A stretch of 64,000 nt of DNA from Polymyxa betae A26-41 (taxonomy: Eukaryota; Protista; Endomyxa: Phytomyxea): assembly GCA_003693705.1 (NCBI GenBank), contig RBZT01000781.1, positions 1 to 64,000 on the forward strand. Direction: 5' to 3'. Shown here piece by piece: positions 39,401 to 51,394 of this stretch; the stretch's first letter is position 1; each line of letters begins with the position of its first letter. The translations under genes and the position numbers were made by a program. Under the pieces are notes generated by a model that ran no database searches, was not told the DNA's origin, and worked only from the letters and a program-made list of their open reading frames with translations.

Positions 39401-39523
39401 TGCCAACAATGCAGAATGATTCATTTAACAGATGATAGGTGAACTACGTTACGAAGGAGATGACCTTCCTGTGAGTGCTTTTTGTGTCTACTTCAGTTCA
39501 CGGCTTGACGCTCGGCAGTCCTA

Positions 39524-41303
39524 ATGGACGGTGCCTTAATGCGAGCCGTCGAGGCGCTCTGCATTGTCGGCGCTGCGCTCATGCTGAACACAAGTGGAGC
39601 TGTTCGATGTGCTGTCGGTGCTGTCGAGGCAGCAGCGCTGATGCTGGAGCTGACGACGACGAAGAACAGCACGCATCCATTTAGGTGAGCTTATGCTGGG
39701 TTTCTGGACTGATTGTGACATTTCGTTTTAGGCCAAATAGCGGCCGAGGACTTTGTATAGCCTTGGCAATTTTACCATTAGTGTTCGCTTCTCAGTTAGC
39801 ATTGAACGGCTCTGCCGAAGATAGTCATGTCGCATTTTTGTTTAGGCTTTCAGTGGCATCGGCAATAATATTTTCATTGCAATTACAAAGAGGGAGTGAT
39901 TCTCATTTTATTCACGACAAGATAACAATCGTTGCATTAGCTATTGTAGCAACTTTGACATTCTGTATGTGGATTGAGGCCTATTGAATGATCAAAAGAT
40001 TCTGACGTACTTTAGCATATTCCGACCTACTCAGAGGAATCATTCTTGTGTTTATGCATTTGCTCTTCGTTCGATTATTGGTCTTCTCCCTTCCCTATAC
40101 GTTCACATTTGGTGAAGCGTACGTGGCCGCGTTCTTCTTGGTGTTAGTCCTATACAATGGAATCGCAAGCCTCATTGCTTCGGTTCGTTTTGCGCTGTCG
40201 GAGTGTAATCTCTGTTGATTTCTGTGAATTAGGCTTTCGCCTTTCTTCCTTCATGGTGTTTACTTCACCCTGTTATTATCTTAACCAATCCTTGGGCTTT
40301 TCTAGCGCAATATACTCTCCTGACGTTAGCAATGATTGTGTTTGCAACATCACCATTAATGCCGAATCTGAAGTCTTCCAAGACTGAAGACTTTGACGAA
40401 AGAAACGTATCAGAATTCTGGGCCAGATTTCTGTTAATCGGCGCTTTTGCGGATGTAGGACTGTTGTTCGGGTTAGATGAGGAACCGTTTTCTTTTGTGA
40501 TGAGATCAATCTTCGAGCAACCGGCCAGATCAAAGGTATATGGCTGCCTAGCTTTGGTGAACTATTTTCTGACATTGGTTTTCAAGCTGTTTTTAGGATG
40601 GCTGGTAAGCATTGCATTCAGTCTAACATTGTTTAAAAGGATCGAAAACTGGTTACAATGCAGAATCATTATTTCCAGGAAGCTGTACCATTGCCTTATC
40701 ACATTCATTGTGATTCCAGGAATCCTCGTTGACATCCAGTTCCTTGCGATCGCTTTCGTTGTGTCGCTCAGTGTGTTCATTGCTTGCGAACTAATCAGGA
40801 TTTCACAAGCCTCTAAATTCTCGGCGATGCTTCAGCAGTATATGGCTGTTTATGTCAATGGCAGTCAAGAGCCTGCTTTGGTTGGAAGGGATTGTGGTCC
40901 TGTTATTCTCGCTCATGTTTACCTTCTCGTCGGCTGTGCTCTCCCTGTATGGCTGCATCTACCATTTGTTGGTGCAAATAATCTTTTGTCTTTGGTTCCC
41001 TCGTTTGCTGGCGCAATTGCTTTAGGTATTTGTGATTCTGCTGCAGCATTCGTTGGTGTCCGGTTTGGTACATCCCGCTGGCCGGGTTCAAAGCGAACGT
41101 TTCAAGGTAGCCTTGCTGCATTTGCGTCTGCCTTCATATCTCTTGAGCTCTTGAATATCTGGGTTTGCAATCATTCTATTTCTGTCAAGAGCTTCTTACT
41201 GCCTGCACTGGGCCTCTCAATTATGGAAGCATCTCTTGATCAAGTTGATAACCTCTTTCTACCGCTCTTCTTTTATTCTTCTCTCAACATCATAGCACGA
41301 TGA
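39524..41303 (+). CDS. DOLK: Dolichol kinase, multi-exon
   Basis: Multi-TM; SRKLYH, RDCGPVILAHVYLLVGCALPVWL, GICDSAAAFVG..G..RWPGSKRTFQGS, QVDNLFLP. Confidence 0.9.
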
Positions 41304-41461
41304 CATATTAAATCTACATTCAGCTCTGCAATTTGTATAAACAATGTATATAACTACATAGATGTATTTAATACAGTATAAAATAGATTAATTAAGAGAT
41401 GGTATACGTTGGTCGGCAAAGTCTTTTACAAATCCTCGTTGGTGACTCTAGTTGCGACTTT

Positions 41462-43165
41462 TTAGTTCTTGTAATGGCGATTTCCCGCATTTGAGAACAG
41501 GAGAGTTTGCCTAGCAGTGGGTTGTTTGCCCTTTTTAGCCTTTGACAAAGGCTGTGCTGACTGAGACCCAACCACCGACGAGAACGATACCGCCGTTCTG
41601 TCAGATGTCACCATAGAGTTTTGAGCACGTGGGCGGGAAGGCAGAGGCTCCCAAGCCTCTGACGCCATGAGCCCTTTCTCGGCCACCGCCGACCATGCAC
41701 CAACGCTCGCTCCAGACGTAGCAGGTTTAGGAGCATTCCCGATCGCAGGCCCAAACTCCTCAAGATTAGCGAATCCAAAAGGATTTGCATCTGGGATGGG
41801 GGCTGCATTTCTGATGCGTTGCCTTAATTCCATCTCGCGCTCCTGGTTGAGAGCTTTCATTTTTTTCTCATCCCTCTTTTCCTGAGCATTGTGCTTGGCG
41901 CGAAGTTTAGCTTGTTGATTGAGCTCTTCACGGAAGTGATTCAATGTACTTTTCTTTACAAGAGACTTCAGCTCAATATCACATAAAGAATAATTTGTTG
42001 CGATTGGAAGATGACCAATGAAACGATACTTTGAGCGGAAACCTTCTGTCTGCCGAATGCGGACGACATCCAGGATTGGAGCAGTAATTTTACAGGGAAG
42101 GTTTTCAACGCTTCCAAATTCGTGCACGAGACACCGGAAGCTCAGGGAGTTAAGAAACAGGAGTTGCCCATCCAATGATTGATAGAAATAATATTCTCGT
42201 TCTTCGCAAACATTCAGAACATTATGCTCACTAGCGGAAACCGATAAATTCCTAATCGACCTCGCTATATCTTGGGACGGCGATGCCATCAACTTTTCAA
42301 CACAATCTAGGGCCTGTATTTATGTTAGCAGGGTATATAAATAATATATCCAGGGCAGACCATTTGGAAAAACGGTATTTCATCACGCTCAGCGGTAAGT
42401 AGGGCGTTGACGATATCATCTTGTTCCTTTTGATAGACAGGGCGTAAATCAAGGCCAACGATTATCGATCGGAACTGAAATGGGCTGTTTGCTTCGACGG
42501 GAGCTAAAGGCAACACTTCCGAGCTGGAGCTCAGTCGACGACATAAACTGAAAGTCACGTTGTCTTTATCCTTGTACGAAGGGTACGTGTCGAACGTTAG
42601 GCAACGCAGATCGCCAGTATAAACAGGCTCGGCGCATAAGACACATCGAGCATAGTTACGCTGAGACAGCGAAAAATAATGCAAAATGCATTTTAAGCAA
42701 GTAGAATGGCCACCTAAATCAGAGTTAAACTATGTCCGTTTTTTGATTTAAAAGTTCAACGTCAAGATTGGCAGATGAGAAAACTAACATTTTGTAATTC
42801 GTGGAGCGATCAAAGCATCGAGACAGATTGGGCAATATGGAGGGTGTTCCACAAGTTGGTTGACGAGGATGACTTTATCCCAATCGATCGGGTCGTCAAC
42901 AAAACCAACGGAACTCACATCCTCGCTTTGGCTGGATTTTGAGGAAAGAGCAAACCGAAAGTTAGCCCTTACATGGCGTTTCTTATTGAATGGAACAGCA
43001 GGTCTGAAAAGAAGTCATAAACCCGTTCGTTCGCTAAATCATCTTCCTTAAGTACCGTAGATGTCCACGACGAAAGGAATTTTCAAAAACAGGTTGGACA
43101 GGAAGCGGGTACGAAAAATTAAGCAACGAGTCAGCGGGGGAAGCACGGCGTCTCGACCCGCTCAT
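41462..43165 (-). CDS. RNF10: RING E3 ligase, RNF10/Mag2-like, multi-exon
   Basis: DSLLNFSY, FNKKRHVRANFRF, CPICLD..APRITK|CGH..C..CILHY, YYFYQSLDGQ, RSKYRFIGHLP. Confidence 0.85.
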
Positions 43166-43441
43166 AAGAGCGGAATCGCTTGGAGACCAATGGTTTCCAG
43201 ATCTGAGAAATGATCTGAAGCGAAAAAAGTCGGCGTCGCTGATTTGATCGGACCTGACAGAGGCCGCTCACCAAAGAAAAGTTCGAGAAAAAATCGGGAA
43301 ATTTGCGCCTTTGACTGTTGAGCACTTTTGGCTGGTTGTTCTATCTTGCAGTTGCTGGGAAAAGAAGTCACTGCTGAGTAATGTTACTGACTCTATCGCT
43401 GTTATCTGCCTGCTTGCCTGCAGTCGAGATAAGAAATCAGT

Positions 43442-44386
43442 ATGACACAGCAGGTCGAGATCCGTTCGATCCAATCTCATGAGATTGATGCCTTTATTTC
43501 TCACTGTGTATCTGTGTTCGGGGACCGAAACCCCCGCTCCTATTTCGAATCGCATCTCTATGATGATCCAAAGGCACTCGCCGAAATGTCTAACATCATC
43601 GTCGGAATCGATCATGGCATTGCGGCTGCACTTCGAATCGTTCCTCGTTTGCTATATTGCAATCAACATATTGTTAGCGTTGCTGGAATAGCTGAGGTAT
43701 CGACCCGAGAAGATTGGCGTCGGAAAGGACTTGCTTCTCAACTTTTATCGTATGCCTCTAAATCCCTTGTCTCGTATACGTTCTCGTTATTGCATTGCAA
43801 TTATAGCCGCCTTGGAGACTTTTATGAACGTCGCAACTGGCGTTCAATTGCGTTCGAGCATGTTATAATGCAAAGTGAATACGATGTCTCGGATTGTCAG
43901 ATCAAGACGCTTAAGCTTGCTGATAAGGGTATGGCTGCAGCAGCTCTTCGCTTATATGAACAGTACAGTTCGAGGTTTAATGGCCCCGTTGTTCGGGATC
44001 TTGAATATATGCAAAACTGGGTGGTAGCTCGCCATCGCCGCCTCAACGTCAGTTCTCTTGCCATTTTCACTAACGAAGGCTCTCTTAACGCTTATGTGTT
44101 CGGACGCGTTGTAAATTCTATGATTGATATCGAAGAGTTGATCGTTGGAAACGGTGTGTCGTTATCGAATATCTGCAGTTTATTGAATAATATTGACCCC
44201 AAAGCGAATCGGTTTAGAATGCCAAAGATCGTGGCTGCAAATCTAGGCCTACTTACCGATTCAATGGAAGCTGAGCGTGATTTGGGATGGATGTATATGG
44301 AGGCATCATCTATGAAGGATGGACTCGAGAATGTATCCCAAATGATTGGCGAACAGTTTCTGTTCTGGGCCACGGATGCTTTTTGA
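43442..44386 (+). CDS. GNAT acetyltransferase (Eis-like), intronless
   Basis: Acetyl-CoA motif AGIAEVSTREDWRRKGLASQLL, DFYERRNW, second GNAT-like half (GPVVRD..Y..W), C-terminal FW.TDAF. Confidence 0.8.
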   Translation: MTQQVEIRSIQSHEIDAFISHCVSVFGDRNPRSYFESHLYDDPKALAEMSNIIVGIDHGIAAALRIVPRLLYCNQHIVSVAGIAEVSTREDWRRKGLASQLLSYASKSLVSYTFSLLHCNYSRLGDFYERRNWRSIAFEHVIMQSEYDVSDCQIKTLKLADKGMAAAALRLYEQYSSRFNGPVVRDLEYMQNWVVARHRRLNVSSLAIFTNEGSLNAYVFGRVVNSMIDIEELIVGNGVSLSNICSLLNNIDPKANRFRMPKIVAANLGLLTDSMEAERDLGWMYMEASSMKDGLENVSQMIGEQFLFWATDAF

Positions 44387-44730
44387 GGTGTTTCCTTGTA
44401 CAGCACAAATTGTTATGAGGCTGAAGTCAAATACACTTGCTGCAATTTCTGCCCATCACAACTCACTCAACGGTCACAACGGTGATTCGTACAATCGGAA
44501 TTTGGCATGTGAATTCAAGCTCAAATCGGATGAATTTGTTGGAATTCCAAGGGTTTCAACGGCCTGCCTTCCACTAGAAGGTAATGTAGGTGGGCGCAGC
44601 CTTCAGCCACGATAACATGGAGTGTTACGGCGGCGGTCGGACTCCGTCCACTCCGTCGCGCTAATTGCTTCATTTATCATTGTGATTGCATTCTCTCAAC
44701 ATTCGTCTTCTTCGCCGATTCCTCTCAACT

Positions 44731-45333
44731 ATGTCTGAAGCAATTACTGAGCAGTGCTACTTCGATGTCAAGATCGGCAACAGCGAGAAGGCCAAGCGCG
44801 TCGTCGTAAGTCGCATTTTCTGAATTCGTTATTTTTCGTAACAATCCTCTCAGTTCAAGCTTTACACCAAGGATTGTCCTAAGACCACCATGAACTTTGC
44901 TGAGTTATGCAAAAAAGGGGTTGGCGAAGGATACTTAAACAGCAAGTTCCATCGTATCATCCCGGGCTTCATGATTCAGGGAGGAGACTTCACCAAGGGT
45001 GATGGCACCGGAGGTGTCTCGATCTATGGCTCCAAGTTCCCGTATGGAATCCGTTTTGTGTTTTCAATCTGAGACTGATGTTCGTTCAGTGACGAGAACT
45101 TCAAGTTCAAGCACACCAAGCCTGGTCTGCTTTCAATGGCTAACGCTGGCCCCAACACTAACGGGAGCCAGTTCTTTATCACCACCGTCCAATGCCCCTG
45201 GTTGGATGGCAAGCATGTCGTTTTCGGTGAAGTCGTCGAAGGTATGGATGCCGTCATGGAGCTGGAAAAGCAGGGAACCCAGAATGGCAAGCCCAAGTCA
45301 GTCTGCCAGATTGTCCAGTGCGGCACCCTGTAG
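44731..45333 (+). CDS. Cyclophilin-type peptidyl-prolyl isomerase, 2 introns
   Basis: [43 protein letters not shown]. Confidence 0.97.
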
Positions 45334-45464
45334 ATTTATTGCAAGCAATTGTTAAGTTGCAAATAAATGATTGATGGTTGATTGCAGAAAATGAGTGATT
45401 CCTTCTTTTGATTCGTGTGATTTAAAATTGTTCTTGATTTGGAAATGATCGATTAGTTAATGGT

Positions 45465-45623
45465 TCAGATTCGATTGTCAGCATCAAACTTTTTCCAATT
45501 CCAGTTGAAGGAACGCCTGATTGGCGGGTCGATAAAAGCTTGTTGTGCCTCTGACGTGCTAGAGTCAGCAATAAAAGCAATGATAAGGAGAAGGATCATC
45601 AGCAGAGAACCAATGGATGGCAT
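45465..45623 (-). CDS. 52-aa secreted peptide precursor (below the ORF-track cutoff)
   Basis: MPSIGSLLMILLLIIAFIADSSTSEAQQAFIDPPIRRSFNWNWKKFDADNRI*: signal-like N-terminus, dibasic sites around SFNWNW. Confidence 0.55.
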   Translation of the reverse strand: MPSIGSLLMILLLIIAFIADSSTSEAQQAFIDPPIRRSFNWNWKKFDADNRI

Positions 45624-46563
45624 TCGGGTTGAGGCAATCGTAAGTACAAATAAGCTTAGTTAGCGGCGACAGATCCGTCTTCAGTTCGGGGTCGGACGAA
45701 TAAATAAAAGTTCTAATCGTAAATCAGTTTCCAAAATGGGATAGTTGCCTGATACATGTTGAATGCAACTCCCTTTCATGTGACTCAACGTGAGTCATCA
45801 GTTTAGCAAGAGAGATTTCCGGAGCTCTCTAGCAGCAACAATTGATTTGCATATAAGGCCTTTCAGTGCCGGAAACCGTATGGCGTCCAACTCTGAAACT
45901 ATTGTGATTGAGAAGATGCAACCTTCATTAGGATGCCTTCGGGTAAGGACTCAAAGTTGACCAGAAGCTCAAACTGTAATACCTTACAGATTCAGTGACT
46001 AAGAATTTAGAGCTTAAACCCGGTTAGGATTCACAGATCGGTGCACGAGACTCTTGAATCTCACAATTTTCATCCCTTGGATGTAATAGAATCATGCAGA
46101 CAATGCCACATCGGATCATCTGAAACTCTTTTGACTCATGATGGCAGAGGTAACCTGTCGTTTTATTTTTCTAGGAAACAGTAAACTTGATGCTTGCTAA
46201 GATTAATCGCATAAAGATAGGAGCACATCCTGTTATTAAAAACAAGGAATAATAAAAAGATATCAGACGAACTGGTAGCCCTTGTGAAAATTGGCCCAGG
46301 CAGCATCGTAGCAAAGGCTTTTGCAACGACGAGAGATTGGTGGGCTGCGCCATGATTAGTCTATAGATCAATCTTAAGGCAAGATGAACGAAGTGGGAAC
46401 CCTCAATATGGCTTAGTGCAACCCAACCCTTATTGACTGTCGGCCAATTCCACGCAGCACAGTCCATGTAGCCACATGTATGCGACCTTCTTCGCTCTCA
46501 CTTTAGGTGCCTACAATATTTCCAATCGGTCATAACTTATTCATATTTTGGTTTCTGCTGCCG

Positions 46564-49400
46564 ATGGCATCTGCCGTCGCTATTGATAATTCGGACCTCT
46601 TGGCGGTAACCTGGACAGCCTTGGCTGGCGGGTTGATATCGGCCGCATGTGCCGGCCTGTATGCGTATCAAGTGCTATCCATCCAAATCGATAAGAAACA
46701 ATACCCAAAAGCACACTCAGCTTATTTAAAGATTCAACAAGGTGCCCAGACGTTTCTTAAGTCTGAGTTCTCTGTTTTATCCGGCTTCGTTATCATTGTC
46801 TTCCTTGGTCTGCTTGCTGTGAACTGGCAGACCTCGGTTGCCTTCGCTGTTGGTGCCTGCCTTTCTGCAATCACAGCCTACCTTGGTACATAGACTACCT
46901 ACTTGAATTGCTCGCAGGCTCTAACAATGTCGAATAGGGATGTCTATTGCAGTTCGTGCGAACTTGAGAACAACTTTGGCGTGCGCTGGGGAGAATGCAT
47001 TAAGTCAGGGACTTCGTGTTGCATTCAAGGTAATTAATCAATTGTCCATGTTTTGATGCTTGCCCATTGTCTACTAGTCAGGCGCTGTTATGGGGTTGAC
47101 AGTCGTAGCGACTGGTATTTTTGGCGTCACCACGATGTTTCTGATTTTTTCGTCTTTCTACACTCCCCACCAATGTTGGGTCTACTTAGCTGGATTCGCT
47201 GTTGGCGCCTCCAGTATCGCGCTGTTCGCTCGAGTCGGAGGTGGTATCTATACCAAAGGTACGGTATTCTCTTTTAAATTCTACAGCTTTCTGACGTCCT
47301 GTAGCGGCGGATGTCGGTGCAGACCTTGTTGGCAAGATTGAATCTGGCCTTGAAGAAGATGATCCTAACAACCCGGCGACAATCGCTGATAATGTCGGAG
47401 ACAACGTCGGTGATGTTGCCGGTATGGGCAGCGATTTATTCGAAAGTTACGTCGGATGTTTAATCGCTGCTGGAACGCTGTCTCGCGCTTTCGTCGCTTC
47501 CGATTTAGTGAAGCAATCCGGGGAATTCAGCGAATTGTCCGCCGCTGCATTGCCTCTTTGGGTTGCAGGCCTCGGTGCAGTTTGCTCGTAAACAATGTTG
47601 CTTTGGTTATCTCCACAGTTAGTGAAGCTTCATAGGGTCATCGGAACTTTTTTGGTTCGTATTCGAAGCACATTTGCGGCACCAGCTCCTCCAGACGAGG
47701 GCTATAGCCAGCAGGCCCTGTTCAACTACGAGGCAAGCTTGCGTCATCACAACCAACGTGTTGTCGAGTCATTGCTTCGAGCAATGCGAGTTGGAATTTA
47801 TGGGGCATCGTCATTGGTTCTAGGAACGTCGCTTCTTGCTATCTGGGTGACATTCGGATTCAATGCAATCGGCTTCCGGTTATATGTCTGCATCGTTACC
47901 GGTATCGTAGTAGGAAACTTTATCGGTTTCGTTACAGAATTCGCTACAAGCTATACATGTAACTAGGCTTTCGACTTTCACTGATGTGCTTTAACCCGTT
48001 ACTCAGACTGGCCGACTCGCTCGATCGCTCGTAAATCTGATACCGGTCCTGCCACAGTTGTAATCCAGGGTCTGGGCATTGGCATGCTTAGCACAGCTGC
48101 TCCTTTGCTTGCTATTGTCGCCGCTATTTTAATTTCGGTAGAGCTTGCTGAAATATATGGTAATACGCTATACCTATACGGTTGCAAATGCTTAAGATTT
48201 CATTAGGTGTTGCCATTGCTGGCGTTGGTATGCTATCTACTCTCGGAGTCTCGCTTGCAACTGATGCATTTGGGCCTGTCTGTGATAACGCCGGTATATC
48301 TGTGATCGTATGTTCCATCATTGGTATTTACCGGCTACAGGTGGTATCGCTGAAATGGCTGAAGAAGAGTTCGACCAGACTGTTCGAGAGACGACTGATG
48401 CCCTTGATGCCCTTGGAAATACAACCGCTGCTACTGGCAAAGGTTCTTAGCTTTACCTTGTATTTTTTAATTGTCACGTAATCCGATTGTCACAGGTTTT
48501 GCGATCGGGTCTGCAGTGCTTGCGGCCGTAGCATTGATGTCAGCATTTGCTAATGAAGCCATGCTGGTTGTCGGTGATGTACCCCTTATGGATCCTGTGG
48601 TATTGCCAGGGATCTTATTGGGTGCTTTGATGCCGTACATCTTCGCAGCCCTCACAATGATGTCTGTTGGAAGGGCTGCAGAGTCTATTATGTTTGAAGT
48701 ACGAAGACAAATTATTGATGAAAATATTCTGAACGGCGGCCGTGCTGACCACACCCAATGCATCAAGATTGCCACTCAAGCATCTCTACTAGAAATGCTC
48801 CCACCTGGCTTGATTGCTGTTTTTGCTCCAATCATTACCGGATTCTTGCTGGGCACGAAAGGTTTATTGGGAATGCTCGTCGGTTGTATCGCGAGCGGAT
48901 TCCTTCTGGCTATAAAAATGTCCAATGCAGGCGGAGCTTGGGATAATGCCAAGAAATATGTTGAAAAGGGGAATTTGAATGAACCAGGTGTTAACAAGGG
49001 TAAGCGCACCCCCAATCATGATGCTGTTGTTGTTGGTGATACGATCGGCGACCCTTTCAAGGATACCTCGGGTCCTGCTCTAAATCTGTTGATCAAATTA
49101 ATGACCGTTGTGTCACTGGTCTTGGCGTCAAAGGTGATATCTCGTCTTTGCGATACTGCAAATCTAAGTCTCTTGTTGCAGTTTTCCAAAGAGGCTTGGG
49201 TTAACTGGCCTTATGCACTTGGCGCTACCGCTCTCATGATGCTCATCCTTTATACTCTTTTTTGGTTCATGTCACGATCATCAAAAAGAGAGAAGGCGGC
49301 GCGTAAAGCTGTCCAGACCAAACGACAGCAACGTCCCAATGATGTTGAATTCAATGCTATCAACAATCATGAAGCTAATGGGGTCCAGATTCCTTGCTAG
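46564..49400 (+). CDS. Membrane-integral ion-pumping pyrophosphatase (K+-dependent type), 9 introns
   Basis: [104 protein letters not shown]. Confidence 0.97.
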
Positions 49401-49546
49401 GATTGTCTTAATACAAATTCACTTATTAATTCTGTCGTTTCGCTAGGTGCTGCGATCAGCTTGAATTGAGTTCATTAAATAGTACATAAAAAGCCAGTTA
49501 TATGCCAAATTCATATCGCCTTTATAAATAATTTGTAGATTGATAA

Positions 49547-50031
49547 TCACTTCTTTGCCCTCGATTTGTGTTTGTTGTACTGAGCTCGAGGTTGCCGATT
49601 TCTGGAGTGAACTCGGTCAGTGCAGTGATCAGCCTTCCCAGCTTTTACGCATCGAGCGCATGGTCTGTTGCAATCGCATCCCAACTTGTTTCGATGGCAT
49701 TCAATGCAGGCGATTCTGACAGGACTTATAAAGTTTTTAAAAGATGTTGACACACAACTAATTACCGTGTTTGATAACGCGGATGAAGTGGCGCTCTGCA
49801 GTCCGGCGTCGTGGTCTGGTTGGAGTCCTTACCGTCGTCATTGATTTCAACAAATTGGACAAACTGAAAAGCAACATCGCTAGCATGTCTGCAGACAGGC
49901 AGTTCGTTACTGGCCAACGCAAAGCATAACGTTTCATCAAACAAGGTTTCAACGGCACCAACGAAGCGCGGCATTCGCCGAATCCAAAAACAGGTTTCAT
50001 TGCAGGACTCCATAGATTCTGCCAGCTTCAT
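49547..50031 (-). CDS. Small protein with C-terminal Zn(II)2Cys6 cluster, 1 intron
   Basis: ACIECHRNKLGCDCNRPCARCVKAGKADHC (Cx2Cx6Cx5Cx2Cx8C); a 41-nt GTAATT..TAAG intron links it to an upstream exon starting MKLAES. Confidence 0.7.
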
Positions 50032-50153
50032 CGCGACCTCCGAAGAATTACGAATGCTGAGAACAAAGATATGATTGTGACGAATCGGCCGATTCTGCTT
50101 GACGAACAACTGCGTGTAACGTAACAGCCACGATTATATTCATACAATCGAAT

Positions 50154-51394
50154 TCAGGCAGCATCACCTTCCCTAGGCTCGAGCCTATTAACCAATTCGG
50201 TCAGCTTTTCCAGAGCGACGTTCAGGATCTGCTTCCGCCCAATAGAATCCTGGCTGCTTGGACCACCTAATGGAGCTTGCCACACGAGAAAGCCGTCGCA
50301 CTTCCGGAAGCCGACCGCCTTCAACAGTTCGATGGCGCTAGGATATGGTGATACTTTTTGCTCATAAGTTGGACTGGCGACGCTTATTCTATGATACCGT
50401 GTCGATTCCGAGCCGGTCTCGACCAGGTTTTTGATGTAAATCTTGAGAACCGAGATCGCAGGGAGAGATTCAGAAGAACTTTCAAGTTCGAATAAGGCTT
50501 GCTCCAAAGCAGTATTAGCAGCAGCGAAATCAAACGTCGAAGTTGGTGTAGCAGGAGTTGATGGTGTCGTTTCTAATAAAGCTTGAACAGCTGGTGATAA
50601 CGTGCCTGGTCGTGATGAATAATCAGAGGCCAGCGGCTTCGAAGGCGTTTCCGTCTTTGCAGGCGGATTCGTCGACAGCAATTCGATTTTTGCTGTTAAC
50701 TTCGTCACTAACGCTTGAAAATCTTCCGATTGCTTTTGTAAAGATTCGATTGTAGCCTGGTTGCTCTGCTTTATCTCAAGCAGCATGTCCTTCAAGCTAT
50801 CATCGGCTTTGGGCTCCTTTGAACTCGGGAGAACCTTCTCAGCAAGCACATGGCGATAGAGATACGCAATACCGCCGCCTGCAGCTAGGACAGCAGCTGC
50901 CAGTGCCGAATATAATGGCAGACGGCTTGAGGTCTGCAATGGCGGTTGAAGCTGAGGTACATAGGGATAATACAGCATGGGCATTGGTTGCTGTGTGGTA
51001 TACATTGGAAGTGATGGTGCTTGTGGTGCTGATGCTACAGGCTTCGATGGGGTCTGCTGGCTCCTGCTGGTAGCAGTCTCGATCGTGCCGTTCTCAATGG
51101 CGACTGCATCCGGCGAATTCGGGTCAATTTGTCGGAAGGCACGACAAATTTCGTCTTTCGTCAGGCCTTTGGATTGCAAAAAGGAGACTTTTTGTTGTAA
51201 AGGAGCAGTGGCGACTTTCGGATCTGTCAAAACGTTAGCAGCTTGACATAATCTAAGATGATTAAGATACGATGCAGAAAAGCGACAGCGTTCTTCATCC
51301 GATCATCTTCTGGGGTGGTTCCATTAGGGTTCAATGGAGCTGGGGCCGGGACGGACGGGGACGCTGTCGTCACGAATCGATCGGGCTGTGCCAT
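50154..51394 (-). CDS. PEX14: Peroxin 14 with C-terminal PUB-like domain, 1 intron
   Basis: RMKNAVAFLH|HPKVATAPLQQKVSFLQSKGLTKDEI (Pex14_N), hydrophobic segment, coiled coil, then LKIYIKNLV..RYHRISV..YEQKV..AIELLKAVGF. Confidence 0.85.
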
